This document shows, piece by piece, positions 35,471 to 49,025 of a DNA stretch of 64,000 nucleotides. Each line of letters begins with the position of its first letter. Position 1 is the stretch's first letter. The notes under the pieces were generated by a model. The model made no database searches, was not told the DNA's origin, and worked only from the letters and a program-made list of their open reading frames with translations. The translations under genes were made by a program, and so were the position numbers. This DNA comes from Dicyema japonicum (lineage: Eukaryota > Animalia > Dicyemida): NCBI GenBank assembly GCA_011109175.1, contig RDEW01000005.1:434001-498000 (forward strand). The letters are read 5' to 3'.

Positions 35471-36427
35471 CTTCAATTAATTTTTAGAGATTTAAACGTA
35501 GGGACAAAATTATAGCTGCAATGCTTTATCGAATTTGCTATCTTGACCACGCACACGAATGGTTTAAATCTTTCAGAGTCTCCTTCTGAGTAATATTTCC
35601 ATCTTCCACACGTGTTCATATACGTGCAGGGTCCTTTTGCTTCCTCATGATGTGACCAATTCTGATAAACCTAATATTTTTAATTTACTTAGTCACTTGT
35701 TTTTCTGGGGGAGCTTTAATCCAAATTTCTGTCTCTTCTTCCCCGACGAAGTTGTCTAAAAATGAACCTAACTTCCGAACCAACAAGATAAGAGTTCTCT
35801 GTTAGATCCTCTGGGGGTACTAGTGTCCCGTTAAGATTATTTAGACATATTCTATTGGCTTCTTCGCATGTGGTTCTTCTTTCGTGGTAAAAATAGCAGT
35901 TTTCCTCGTTACACAAGGCTTTATTCGCTTTATGTAACTCAGTTTACTATACCTTTGAAGACACAAACGAAGCTTCTGTTATTGGCGCAGAAAGTGGACT
36001 GCCATTTACCACATTCGTCCACTTCAGCGCATTTTGTGGGCATGGGACTTGCTGGCTGATGATTTCCCCAATTTGTATATTTCTAGGTTACTCGATTTAT
36101 ACGATTGTTGTATTGAGGCGGACAAACTTACTTCCAATAAATTTCCCTCCTATCCAAACGTTGTCCCTTATGTATTGAGAAATGTCTAAGGACGAAATTA
36201 AGATAACTGAAGATGAACTCATTTTCTTGTGCTGACTTAATATCGACCAAGTCCGTCGAAAAACTCTTACATATATTTAAAGCTGTCATATAATCAGTCT
36301 TTTTCTCAGAAAATATGTAATATCGCTTTAAAAGTGGGGACTTGATCAAATAATTTGAAGCTTGGAATTAGAAAGAGGTCTTACCTTGGGTTGATTAGCG
36401 CCAAAATAATTATTTCACAGAAAAACA
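35471..36427 (-). CDS. Secreted protein with two C-type lectin-like domains
   Basis: Signal-like MFFCEIIILAL; YYIFSEKKTDYMTALNICK...LVDIKSAQENEFI...WIG; second domain CYFYHERRTTCEEANRIC...WIK...PFVC. Boundaries are approximate. Confidence 0.7.
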
Positions 36428-36767
36428 TCCAATTTTACAAATTCGTGTTATCTTAATATTCTTTAGTGGCAACATATTGCAGCAAGTGGAACTGATTCTT
36501 TTGATATATGGCACAGGCTGATTGAATGACCCCACTTTAAGATTAATAAATAAACCTGGAAACTAATATCTCTATCAATAAGGATTCTGTTCTGTCCTTG
36601 TTTTAAGAGGTGCCCGTTGATCCGCCTGTCCAAAAGGAATTACATCTTCCTACTCCACTGGAGGGTTCCAACAATAGCCGATATGGATGGAAGTGAAGCT
36701 TAGAAAGGATGCGTTTTACACTGACCGTGGAAACTGGTTATACGTTAATTAGACGTTAATTAGTCAT

Positions 36768-36927
36768 GATCCCTTTCCGGCTGATCAGTATAATAAGTTC
36801 CGGACCAAAATCATGAAATTCCAGGTTCGAATCTCGCTGCTGCCATTCGGTTTAAGATTCCACGCATCTACGATGCTTTGGGGTTGACTAGTGACGCCGT
36901 CATCAGTGTTTCAACACCGCGGAACTG
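36768..36927 (+). mobile_element. tRNA-derived SINE, copy 2
   Basis: B box GGTTCGAATC followed by CGCTGCTG and the same core as the copy at 23.4 kb. Confidence 0.75.
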
Positions 36928-37425
36928 AACACTTTTAATGTCTCAGATATGCCTGGGATTAATAAAGTGAATTCTGCTAAGGTGAAACATTGCCTACTCC
37001 TTATCGGGAGGGCTGTCTGTTCCGTACATCGGTGGTTATTAATAAATACGTCTACCTAGTGCAGTCAATAAATATGAGTATTGATATTTTTGATACACAT
37101 TCATAGACAGCAGCTTGAATTTGTTTAAATTTTATATATACTGAGGTCGATCAAACTAAAGACTCAATCTTCATTGTATGGGAAGACACATCCGCAATAC
37201 ATTACCCAACCATCTCTCATTACCAACCATCTCTCAAACAGACATTGTCTTTCACGGAAGCCACCGATTCCATAGCAGTTGAAGTAAGCATCCATCATTT
37301 GCGGGAACATCAATGCACAACGGTAGAATGTGAAAATTACCATCCACTTTTATATCAGTAATTTCCTCAAAAATGTAAAAATAATATTTTATATAATGAA
37401 TAAAGAAAAGGACAAAAATTATTTT

Positions 37426-38123
37426 TTAAAGATTTGAATCCGTTGATGTGTTTTGATATTGCGCAAGTTCTTCAAATTGTCCGGTAACCTCATAGTACAC
37501 TATCTGTGCGCGAGTGTAACCATCCATGAACATCTGCCTGTCCTCGATTCGGGGTATTCTCTCTTCAGGTCTCTCATGAACCACAGTGAACATGTCATCA
37601 ACTTGGTTTATAAATATATTTCCCTGAGACTTCTTACAATGCTCCTGGTAATAAGTCCGCAACAAATTTGGCACACGTCGTTTTCTCATCTCCTCCTGAC
37701 CATGCACGTGCTTATAGTACTCAGACAACTTCCCATTCCAGCAGCATGAGTCTTTGGAGCATTGAACATAAAGGGCATCTAGCTCTGTTTTGACTTCGGA
37801 AGCCATGTCAAACGGTCCGATTACCCTGCATAGAGGGCAGTTCAGACTTTGACGGTTAGCAGATATTATCCATTTATAGAGGCAGCTATTGCAATACATG
37901 TGGTTGTTCTGGCATTTGTAGGGATCTCTGAGAACGAGATAACTAAATATTATCAAATATAAAATAATTTAAAGCGCTAATGCTGGTCCAACCATATGTA
38001 ACAAGTGTATTGGTCTGAATGTGAGGGGGGTATTCTTGGAGTAAAGAAATCCCACATGTAACCCCCAGGTTGTACTTCGTCTAATGGCTGCGACAGGAAA
38101 TCAAATTGTGAAAGAAGATTCAT
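37426..38123 (-). CDS. C3HC4 RING plus TRAF-type zinc-finger protein
   Basis: Spliced CYICYLVLRDPYKCQNNHMYCNSCLYKW...CPLCR, then CSKDSCCWNGKLSEYYKH. Confidence 0.8.
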
Positions 38124-38779
38124 ACAGGAAATGAAAACTAAACAATATACAATTTATTTTAAAATTCGGTTAACCACTTAAATAAATAATTAATAAAAAT
38201 TTTTATAAAAATAAATATGTAAGAATTGGAAAAGGCAGAAAATAAATTTATATTCATTTTTATCATTTGGTGTTATTATTATTATCATTTAAATTCTATT
38301 TTACATTTCTTTGCTCAAAAATATAAAACTAAATTTTCTAGATATTAATTTCCACTCAAATTTTAATTAATTATTGTTTTTTCGAACATGATATTGATAA
38401 TAATAATTTGTTTGCTTCCTATCTGCCTTCAAATTGGTAATTAGCCTTTTAAATCAAAAACAAACTCAGAGTTAAATGGTCTCAGCTGGATAGCTATTCT
38501 TCCTCGGATTGCCACAAACGATTCCTTTATCAATTTTTCTAACTACTGCAAAGTTTTCAAAAATAATTGAGACAAAATGGAATCGATTTCCTAAAGCTGA
38601 GTACTTTTTCAATTTCCTGTTAGTCCTCATTTTCTGGACGTTTATTTATTTTTGTTTATTTTTTATGTTAATTTTTGGTCGATAGAATTTATAATTATAA
38701 ATTAATATTTAATTAAATAAAAAAATCAATAGTTATATTTTTAGATTTCTACCATTAAATATTGAGAAACGTGGAGTTA

Positions 38780-39000
38780 TACCTTAGGATCACCGATTTA
38801 AAAGGAAAATGAAATAGTTCTTAACTAAGTGAACCCAGACCGACATGAGGAGATCCTATCTGACGTGGACGAGAATCCTGGATGGCTCTCCAGATAGGAT
38901 GTTGCTATATCATATCTAGCAAGGTTTTAAGGCACTTGTTCATGACTTCATAGAGATGACTTAGACAGAGTAAGTGCCCTCACCATCTTCTGTCGTCATC
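38780..39000 (-). mobile_element. Ingi/Vingi-like LINE 3' fragment
   Basis: Closely similar to 25670-25760, including the terminal hairpin. Confidence 0.75.
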
Positions 39001-39378
39001 CAACCACAACTGCTTCCAATAAACGTGAATAAATTTCATGTATCATAAAATAAGATGTGTTCGTGATTACTTTCCTAAATTTAAGGAAGTCGTTGAAATT
39101 TTGAGGCGATAATTTAAGTCTGACATTGAAACGCTGACTAAAGTCATCAGTTACGAGGATCACATTAATATTTGATTTTTAATAGAATTTTGTGTACAAG
39201 TTATATACATAATTTAATAAAATTATAGAGTTAAATTTACTCATTAGCGATAAAACTTTTCTATGCCGATGGCGACCAAAAATGGTTAAGAACCACTTTA
39301 ATAGTGATATAAATTAGTTTTAAACAAAAACAATTTGTTAAAATGAAAATCAGTAAAATTTATTAAATTGTTAATAAT

Positions 39379-42220
39379 TTAATTTTCTTGAGCTTCCGTG
39401 ATCGAGGCTTCCCTCATTTTTCTTAAGGAAACTCTCTAAAAATGAAAATATTTTAAGACTTGGCTTATTCTTCTTTTAAACTCAAGAACTTTTCCGATAA
39501 TTCGGAAGTAACCCGCCTGATTTTTATAGTACACAGAAGAATCAAAACTAGACACCACAAGCTGATAAATTTTCTTATTTAAGTTAAAATATACACCTGA
39601 CTAGTAAAGTATATTCTGGAGCTCTTCCAAATACTATTTGGGGTAAACTTCTAAACACCACAATGAGGTATTTGTGCATGAAAATCTCGGCAAGGCAAAT
39701 CACCGAAGACACCAAAATAGCTACAGCCAGTAAAATATAGCTTCCAATGTGGTGACTCGGGGTTATCTTGTCCACTTTCGTTTCAATGTCCGTAACACAG
39801 TGTTCGTCCACAAAATATTTACCAAAAAGTGTAGAAAGACTGTTCGATTCCTTTAACCTCGTGATCACTTCCTGCATGCTTTCCTTGAATATGTTGAGTA
39901 AAGTTAACTTGATAAACTGAATGTTTTGGAATTCCAAATCCAAATGTTGATTTTCCAAACTGGCCATTTAAAACAAGATCACAGAAGGAGTTTATACTGG
40001 GTATTCGAGTATAGATTTCTTCATCAAAAATATAATCAATTTCTCCATTTCTAATATTAGATCTTCAAAACCTTAGAAATGAAAATGCCTCCTTGGTGTT
40101 GTGATAAAATATGAGATTATTAGAGCTGTAGTTGTTCATTATGATTGTCGAGAGTTGAAGACTCCCCGCTTGTATTCCGATTTTATAATTTGGGTTGTTC
40201 TGTGTAATCATAGATCTTTACCAGTATTTTTACAATATCAACATCTGTCGACTCTTCCGATGACATAATAGCTGCGAGAAATGCCGTGTAGTAGGCCACC
40301 AGAATAAACGCAGAAAAGGCCCAAAATGATTGCAGACATCTTGCAGAGACCGACTTTGGACTTTTAGCTTGCAGGGAATTCATTGTCAACACTGAAATAA
40401 CAGTAGTGAAGGCAGATCCTTTAAATTACAAACATTGAACTACCAATAGCATAAACCTGTTCTTTTTTGCCTGAACTATTCCTTCCATATGGACTCAGCC
40501 ATTCGTACGTTGCTGTAATGAATATTAGCATAAATATGAAGGACACTACGAGTATCCAAACGTCCACCTTTAGAGGACTAAATATTATTCCAATTTGAGG
40601 AGCCAAGTTCTTTTTAACAGAGATGAGAGAATTAATAGTTTTTATTCCAATGGAGACAAAATTGATGTACTTTTAACTGAAAATGATTGTTTTACCTCCA
40701 ATCTCTCACTAGAAATCGTTAAGGTAGCCGCAGCCAGATCAGCTCGGTATTCAACCAATTCGCCTACCAATCCGTTCCATTTTCCGTCTTTAAAAACTCC
40801 GTAATTTTGATCCGCGAGAATATAAACCTCCAAATTTCTAAAATCATCAGAATATCAACGTTAGATGGTTTCCTATTGTAAGTTCCATTAGAATCTGAAT
40901 TATAAGTCCATGACAGCAGTAAACTTCATAAACAGTTCCCACCAATTTCTGATCTGTGGAATAATCTGAGAAAGCCTTGCTATATACATTGGGTCAGTTT
41001 GTAGAATTTTGAGACAAACCACTCCTGCATAACAAAATTTAACATATCTGAGGTCAGTTATCATCACAAATGGTTCGTCGATTTGGACAACAACGCGGAA
41101 AGGTAACGAAAATCTATTGATTTGGTTTAGACTCTTCATTTGATTCAATTTTGGGGGATTTGTGCTCATATTGACAAAACCATACAACACGGACTCAAGT
41201 TTATAGAAAACAAATCTCTGAATGAACAAAACTAACTGGTTTTTATTTTTGTACTCCGAAACTGCCTTCCCAATACTAAATCTTATTTATCCGCGTCTAC
41301 CTGTTTCTATTAGCAGTTCCGTTAACGGAATTCACGATATCCGTGAAAATTGTGTCTGAAAATGTATTGGCCTGTAAATTCTCGACTACAATCACGTTCT
41401 GTGCACAGTAGACTTCTGTGTGGGTGAAATTTCCGAGTCCGTTAATATAAATTATGTTATTTCTGTGATATTTATTCCGAAGATAACAAAGGATTACTGG
41501 AAAGTCAACGCGATTGACATAAAACACCACCAAAGGATTAATCACATCAATGATGATTCCAAAATTTATTTTATTTTCTTTGATCATGTTTTTAAGGTTG
41601 TCGATGACTATTAATTGGGAATATATCCGTTTTTGTTTGCAATAGGCTAAAATTGATGAAACGAATCCATCAGCAGAGAGTTCGATACTCACAATAATAA
41701 ATATTTGAAATATCTGGTGGTTGTTCATAAATAACTGGACTCCCAGGGAATATCTTGATGGGGGATAATTGGTCATTAAAGTTCTGTCCTAAAATTAGTC
41801 TTTGGGGAATTCTACATTTATTGATGAGATCGTCCTATCTCCAATTATGTGAGAAATCATAATGTTTTTGTGGGATAGCTTCAGTGTAGCAATGACAAAT
41901 CTGAAATCCTTTAGTTGCCCAAAAAAGAAGACAGGAATGAACAAATTTTGATTTGCCGCTAAATGACTGTTCACATTTTTAGAAATATTTATTGCACTGT
42001 TCAAGTCATTCCTGGAAATATTGAAGAGTTTAACTTGAATTTGTTTTTGAGAAATATTGTGGCAACCACTACTTTCACAAAGCACGGAATAATCATACAC
42101 AAATATATATTTTTGTCCTACATCCAGGGAAATAGCATGTGGATTACAAAAGTGAAGCAAAATAAACAAAATCATTAGTAGAACCGATCTTATCGGTATA
42201 TGATTTCTCATTGATTTCAT
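39379..42220 (-). CDS. Ionotropic glutamate receptor, NMDA (GluN2/3)-like subunit
   Basis: Signal peptide, ATD, S1 (DEPFV...C...VVC; GKWNGLVGELVEYRADLAAATLTISSER), M1 ending YEWLSPYG, M2/M3 TMNSLQAKSPKS...FWAFSAFILVAYYTAFLAAIM, M4. Confidence 0.88.
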
Positions 42221-42399
42221 GAATTAACGAGTACATAATTATTGCCAATTAAAACCAACAAATCAAATATATAGCAAGTATTGTAGTGGCTATTAGACCA
42301 GGTATCCCTGTCATTGCTGTCCTTTGAATCATAATGGCTGTAGTTTATTCCTCACACCACTACCTACCTGATCGAAGGATTCCTTTCCGTTCTTTGGCT

Positions 42400-42700
42400 T
42401 CTTCGATTCCTAAGAATCGCCATGAAATACACCTGTCCAAGGGATTTATCTCTTCCTTATTCCAGTGAAGGAATTCTCACAATGGCGGATAGATAAACGT
42501 ATGCTTGAAAAGAATTCGTAAATTCTGTTTGTGGAAACTGGAGGACTCTATTTCTTTTTAAATAGAGATCTTTTCTACCAAGGTACATCCGTATGAACCT
42601 GACTCGTCTACACTTTTGGCGAATGAAAGAATGGGTGAAGGAGTCGTCAACATATCGAAATACGATTGGGGTAGAATTTATGGATGCTCTCCATCATTTC
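42400..42700 (-). mobile_element. Penelope-like element RT remnant
   Basis: FRYVDDSF motif in a degraded frame. Confidence 0.45.
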
Positions 42701-42917
42701 AGCATTGTCTTTAAGTGAACGCAACAATATTCTACTTAATATTTCACTTTTCTCTTTCAATTATAATCTTGTACAAAACAGTTATATTAATAGTTTCTTA
42801 CGAATACCACTTAATTACAAACCTTTCTCGGTTTCCTTAAATATCTAAATTTGTGACTGTTTGTGCTGGGTTTAACAAGTTAGTTAAGTGACCCGGCATG
42901 ACTATTCTTTAAATTGT

Positions 42918-45440
42918 AGCGTGGTGTTATGTGGTCCACCAATTCAAAAAATTCAAAAGGATTTGGCAACGCCCAGAGGGCTTCTAATACCCTCCCGAAA
43001 AGAACCATTAAACCCCTTCCCCCCGGGGTCATTATCGACCCCCGGCGATGTGTTTCAAGAAAGTCCAAACATTCCCGGCGAAAACTCTCAGCCCACTGTG
43101 GTGAAAAGAAATTTACTGCTCTCCAACTAAACATCAACGGAATTAAAGAAAAGGTCAGGGAACTCCGGTCAATCCTGGCAAATCAGAAGATCGACGTGGC
43201 CATGATTTAAGAAACTAAACTCCGCATGCATGATTCCACTCCTTCATTCCCTGGATACGAGGCAATCAGGATGGACCGTAAAAAGAGAAGAGAGGGTGGA
43301 CTACTTACTCTATTCAAAAAGAACCTGAAATGTAGAGAGATTACTTCGGAAGTGAGGAAACTTGTTGGAAATTACGAGGTTACTGAGGCAATTGGAATCT
43401 CGCTTGGGACAACGAAAGGAAGTATGTGCCTCGTGAATATCTACTTGCCTCCTCCCGGCTCCTGCCCAAAGGACTATGTTATTCCAAACCTATCAAGATT
43501 GGCTATCTACGATGAGAAAATCATATGTGGAGATTTAAAGCAAAGCACCCATTATGGTTGTCAACCCAACAGGCCGACACGAGAGGGAAGCTATTGTTAT
43601 TGAAATCGGACTCCCTAACAATCTGAACTATCCAGCGAAAAATACAAGGACTCCACTCAGAGAGACGGATCAGCTTTCCTCACCGGATGTAACACTCTGC
43701 TCATCGTCGCTTTCATCAAAAATTGATTGGTCAGTCCTCTACGAAACAATAAGCGACCATAATCCAATTGTGATGAAGGTCATGAGAGAAGTCAGAGTGA
43801 GGAGAACACCTGCTAGTTATAACTACAAAGCTGCTAATTGGGAATTGTATCGCGCAATCTCTGATGATAGACTGAAGAATTGTTACTTGGTTAGCTCCAA
43901 ATCGCTAGAAAAAGCGATCAAATACTTTACTTGCACAATCCTAGAAACAAGTATATTGGCTATTCCAAGCATCGTCTAAACTCCTCTAATCGTCAAGGGA
44001 AGTTGTCATTGATCAAAGAAAGAATTCACCTCAAAAATTCTAATTGGATCACATTAAAAACGAAACTCCAGATCAGAGCTCTAAACAACGAAATAAAGGC
44101 CAGAGAGTTCAAGGCCCAGAAATTGAAGTGAAATCGGATTCCTACAAAGGTAAATCGCAACCGTAGTACCGGAGAAGTGTGGAAAGCCATCCGAAATGTT
44201 GCAAAGGAGAAGAAACTTCCCCAGAGGATGACTATACTCAACGAGACGTTAACAATTTGATAAAATTCTACACAAAAATTTCGTACAAGGAACACAGAAA
44301 GTCGAAAGTGCTTCTCTCTTCACGCAGAAAACTGAAGAAGGATTCTAACCCAGTATACTTCTCGGATGGAGACGTGAAAAATGCGCTGCGTTTCACAAGA
44401 ACAACGTACTCTGCCGGTCCCGACAACATTCCAGTAGTGTTATTGAAGAACCTTGGAGATATTGGAGTCGGTGTATAACTATTCAATTAATTGTAATGTA
44501 ATACCGTTGTTATGGAAGCAAGCCAACATCCGACCTATACTGAAACCTGGGAAACCTAAGGAAGATCCGGCATCATTTAGACCTGTGTCATTGTTATGTT
44601 CCGTATCGAAAATCCTGGAGAGGCTTGTGCTTGGGAGAATCAAGGCTTTCTTACCAGAAAAGGATTTTCAACACGGATTCAAGAGCGATTGTTCTACATC
44701 AACGTACCTACAGAAATTAACCAACTTCATTAGAGATGGTTTTTCAAACAAACCAAGGCATTTGAAAACAGTCTTGTGTTCCATTGATATTAACAAGGCC
44801 TTTGATTCTATTTCGAGAAAAATATTATCAAAGAAAATTTTCCAGTCGGAGATCCCGGGGAAGCTTAAACTTTGGATAACAAATTTCTTAAGTGGACGAA
44901 GGGACGTGTATGCCTCGGAGGACTGAAATCAGTCTCGCGTTTTCTTCCAAACGGTGTCCCCCAAGGATCTCCTTTATCCCCCGCTTTATTCAATTTATAC
45001 CTGGCCGACCTCCCGACACCGGAATCCAATAACGATGTTCTACTCACATATGCGGACGACATTGTTTTGGCCTCGCGTGATCGGGATATCCAAAATGCTA
45101 CAGAAAGATTACAAATTAACCTGGACCGACTCAACGCCTGGGTAATGAAGAACCGACTCACGGTAAATTCCAGAAAGTCGGTCACGTCTATGTTTACTTC
45201 GGACAAAAGGTTGGGGAAGATGACTGTCAAGTTAAAATTGGACAACGTTGAAATCCCCTTCACCAAATGTCAGAAGATCCTGGGCGTGACACTGGATACA
45301 CACTTATGTTTGTCACCACACGTGGCAAACATTGTTCTGAAGTGCGAAAAAAGCACCGGGAAAGAATGAGGATTTTGGCGGGGCGCATCAGGGTCACGTG
45401 ATAGTTAGTTTTGGTTTTACCGTGGTCTTGGGTGTTAAAT
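42918..45440 (+). mobile_element. Ingi/Vingi-like LINE, copy 4 (5'-complete, no recognisable 2A, 3' ORF shortened)
   Basis: MWST...PKRTI...QLNINGIKEK (APE), FRPVSLLC, PQGSPLSP, YADD, terminal GGGTCACGTGA hairpin. Confidence 0.9.
42923..43007 (+). ncRNA. Candidate HDV-like ribozyme variant at LINE 5' end
   Basis: P1 GGTGTT/AACGCC (covaried), P2 TGGTCC/GAACCA (one mismatch), P4 GAGGG/CCCTC, J4/2 CGAAAA; L3 is enlarged by a tandem AATTCAAAA duplication. Confidence 0.45.
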
Positions 45441-45757
45441 AAATGACTAACTCGTAGGAGACAGCGGCTATTAAGTAGGAATTAACAAATGATGTCGCTA
45501 AATAAATCATCAGTGTTGGTATTGTAGACGAACAGTATACTAATTCAGGAAATTACTAAAAGGAATGTTGTCTACAGAAGACATCTCTTATCTCATCCAT
45601 ATTACGTACATCGGTAGAGAGAGTAGTGCCGAGTTTTCGGATGGTTTTCGTAGAAACAAAATCGTTTATCTGTTTCAAACGACCCTGTCAACTTAAATAG
45701 TTCACAAACAAATATCGACATGGTGAACAGAGTTATTCATAACTTTTATAAACATTT

Positions 45758-45830
45758 GCCTTGGTGGTGAAGTGGTTATCACGTTCGCCTTACACGCGAA
45801 AGGTCCTGGGTTCAATTCCCAGTCGGGGTA
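45758..45830 (+). tRNA. trnV-TAC: tRNA-Val (TAC)
   Basis: Cloverleaf with D stem GTGA/TCAC, anticodon stem TTCGC/GCGAA, loop CT-TAC-AC, T stem CTGGG/CCCAG, discriminator A, followed by a T6 Pol III terminator. Confidence 0.85.
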
Positions 45831-45904
45831 TTTTTTCTTATTTTAGTATTAAACTATTTTTTGGGTGATGTCTATTTTCACGCACATAAACTCTCTAATA
45901 TTTC

Positions 45905-46500
45905 TGCTGAGAAGTGCCTTATCAGCACCAAAATTGAACTACGTTCTTTGAGGACCATGTCACCTGAAAATTCAACAGCTCGATACTTTCGATTCCCTCT
46001 TCTAAACCACTTTTGAACGTATCACCAATGTTAAATCTAACGACCGAGCATAGGACCAATTGACCCTACACGTTAACCTTGGTGGACTGGAAATCCTTTC
46101 ACCTGAGGATTTGGCTTGCCCACAGTATCTGTCCTCTTTGTGCTTTAGCCGACTGCTGATCAGGATGATTCTCCAACCCCAAACAGAATAGTCTGAAATC
46201 ACAGATACGGAGCCTTTGAAAGTGTGATAAACATGAGAGGCTTCAGAAAGACCGTTACAGGACCATCTGTGAAGATAAACATGAGAGGCTTCTGAAACAA
46301 TCAAACCAACACAGACTTGCTTGTCTAGTCACTGAAAGATGCGAAGGGAGTGGCGCTTGTATCAATGCCCTCCCCGTTTGTTGTTTCGAGACCCACCTTG
46401 ACAACGACACTCTCAGCATCAGCATCTCCACTAGACTTTGACTGAAGATTGAACAGAGGAGATGGAGTCACAATTTTCCCATTCGAAGAGGTTAATATGT
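45905..46500 (+). mobile_element. CRE-like retrotransposon fragment
   Basis: LRSALSAPKLNYVL, QLTLHVNLGGLEILSPEDLA, DGVTIFPF; contains a 48-nt-period duplication (GATAAACATGAGAGGCTTC at ~46225 and ~46273). Confidence 0.6.
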
Positions 46501-48870
46501 CACATGGACTTGACAAAGCATGTGCAACACGAGTTAGCAAATCACTGGTTAGTTTCATCCACTTCCTCCTATTCAAAGCCGCAGTGCGTAATTAGTCAAA
46601 ATCCTCTCCATTTCCAAGATGCCGTCCCATTTTTTTGAGGTCCTCGTCGAGAACGACTGCCAATGTCGTCCTTGGGCGACCTCCAACATGAAGTAATCCT
46701 CCATGGCTACGTTCGCGGGGGCATCTATGTCCAGTCGCAGAATATGGCTGAAAAGCCTCCATAATCTCATTAGAAATTTCTGAGGTCTTTGTCCTCTTAT
46801 AAAGAAGATTAGATGACATCCTCGTATCACTTCTTTCGAACATCATCTATGAAACGCATTAAGTCTCTTCAGTTAATTTCTTGAGCAGGCCCAGGTACCA
46901 GCGTTATACAGTAGTATGGGTTTCTCTAGTTATAATCGAGTTTTTGTTATAATGTCAAGGCCCTTTTTGTGGAGCAAGGTGTTTTTTAATCTGGAGAGGG
47001 CAGTTTGTGCTAGGGTTTTCCTTGTAATTTCTTCATGGTCTCCTAGGAGGGAACTAAGCTTTTTGCACTTGCGCCAGTGCTCCTCCGCCCTTGTTTTTTC
47101 CCTCTTGAGTTCAGTTACCTCAGTCTTGTCCGGATTTACTGTTATGAACCATTCGGCTAGCCTTCCAAGCACTTCTTCCATCAAGCAGGAAAGCGGTATT
47201 TTGTCGTTTGAAATAAAGTTTACGTCGTCAGCATACACGATAATGTTTGTCTTTTCACCCAGTATTGGTTTTGACTTCCGTAAAGCGGCTTCAAGGTATA
47301 TGACAAAAAGGATAGGTGATAATGGGTCTCCCTGTGGAGTCCCAACAGTCGTCTCAAATCGGCGAGACATGGCTCCCCAACTCCTACAGTAACCAAGTAT
47401 CAGCTAGGAGGGTGGTAGCCATTCTGACAGTAGAAGCGTCAAGGCAACTCCCCGTCCGTCGACAGAGTCGAAGACCCTCGAAATGTCGATTCCGAGGATG
47501 GTTGTAGACATTTTGAACTTTTGAACGGCCGCACATCTCCACTTGTGGGACCACAAAACATCGGAAGTCGATCTTCCTCCTCGGAATCCGCTGTGGTATA
47601 GCGACAGAAAAATATCTAGGCGTCCTTCCATCCTTTGTAATGTTATGTTCGCCAGAAATTTCCGAAGTGAATTCATTAATATGACTGGACGGAGGTTCTC
47701 AACATTAGCTCTTGGTTTATTCGCCTTCTGTACAGGTATCAAGATACCCTCTCCCAGGGTCAGCGTGTGACCATAATAGTACATTTCATTCAGGATCATA
47801 GCGATGCATTCATACAGCTTTTGGGCTCCATATATGAAGAACTCACCACCGAGTCCGTCGGGACGAGGAATCCTGTTGTTTTTTCAACTTGGAACTCGCA
47901 AGTTCTACTTCATATGGTGTGATTTCTTAGTCCAATTTTCCCTTTGGTCCACAATCTGCGTTCCTTTGTCATCTCTTATCGGTTGATAAGGTCTCTTTCC
48001 TTTTATCTGTTTAGCAACCTCATAGAATTTAGCGTTGTCCTTGAGAGATTCTATCTTTTTAATCTGGTATTCTGTTATGCTGGCGAATAGTTTTTCTTTC
48101 TAGCCGCAATTTTGATTTTACGTTCGAATCGTCAGTATTTTGATATAGCATCCATATGGTCTTCTGTTTATTGACAAGGTCCTTCACCGTGGAAATGTCA
48201 TTGTCCGATGGGATTTTCTCATTTTCTTTCAATAGACTGGCTCCTTTGTGTGACTGATTTACAAAATCCCAAGATTTTCCGGGCGGCAAATCTTTAGGCA
48301 TGTTTTCTAGTTCTGCATCCAGATACTCTTTGAATGCTAGGGCCCCTTCTGATTGACTGATTAAGGATTCCAAATTATAACGTCTATAGTTGGGTTCTGT
48401 GGTTTCAATGTTCTTCCATTTCGTTCTTTGTAGTACCATAAATCTCTTTAGAGAAAGTCTGGCAATAATCATTTTGTGGTCGCTGTCGATAATCGATCCA
48501 CCATAAGCTCGTGCATCAAGTACAATCCCTCGATCTTTTTGCCTGCATATGATATAGTCGATCTGGTTGTACATATTTATCACTCGTCCTTCGGGATTTG
48601 TTCTGTGTCCCGACCACGTGGATTTATGTTTGGCTGGATGCATAAGGGCTGTATTGCATAAAAATAGGTTGTTCGTTTGAGAGAAGTTAGCTAGTAGGGT
48701 TCCCGGGAGATTTCTTTTTCCCCTACCATGCCTTCCCATGAATGTCTCATCGGTCGTAACCTGGGTGCCAGCTTTCGCATTTAGGTCTCCTGCGATCATT
48801 ACTAATGTTGAGAGAGCATACTTGGAGAAGACGGCAGAAAGACTGGTGTAAAAGTCATCAATCTCCTCAG
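46490..48870 (-). mobile_element. RTE-group LINE, 5'-truncated and frameshifted
   Basis: IAGDLNAK...NQIDYIIC...SDHKMII (APE), GIDISRVFDSV, PQGDPLSPILF, YADD; same family type as 60531-63510. Confidence 0.92.
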
Positions 48871-49025
48871 GGAAACGCGGTTATGCAAGCAATTCTAATT
48901 AAAGATCTAAGACAGAAGTGCAAGCGCAACACATACTCTTAAGATTAAAAATTTATTTATTTTAAATTTATCATTTGAAAATATTTAAAAATATAACTGA
49001 ACATCTGAATAACGTTGTTAATATT

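Noticed and set aside
42880-45410. Apparent terminal inverted repeats around LINE copy 4
   Set aside because: The match is limited to GTGACCC with differing flanks; it is better explained as a separate inverted 3' stub.
46500-46586. Same sequence following LINEs at 46.5 kb and 63.5 kb, suggesting target-site specificity
   Set aside because: It translates in frame as the LINE's own C-terminus (LRTAALNRRKWMKL), so the 63.5 kb copy is just a LINE 3' fragment.
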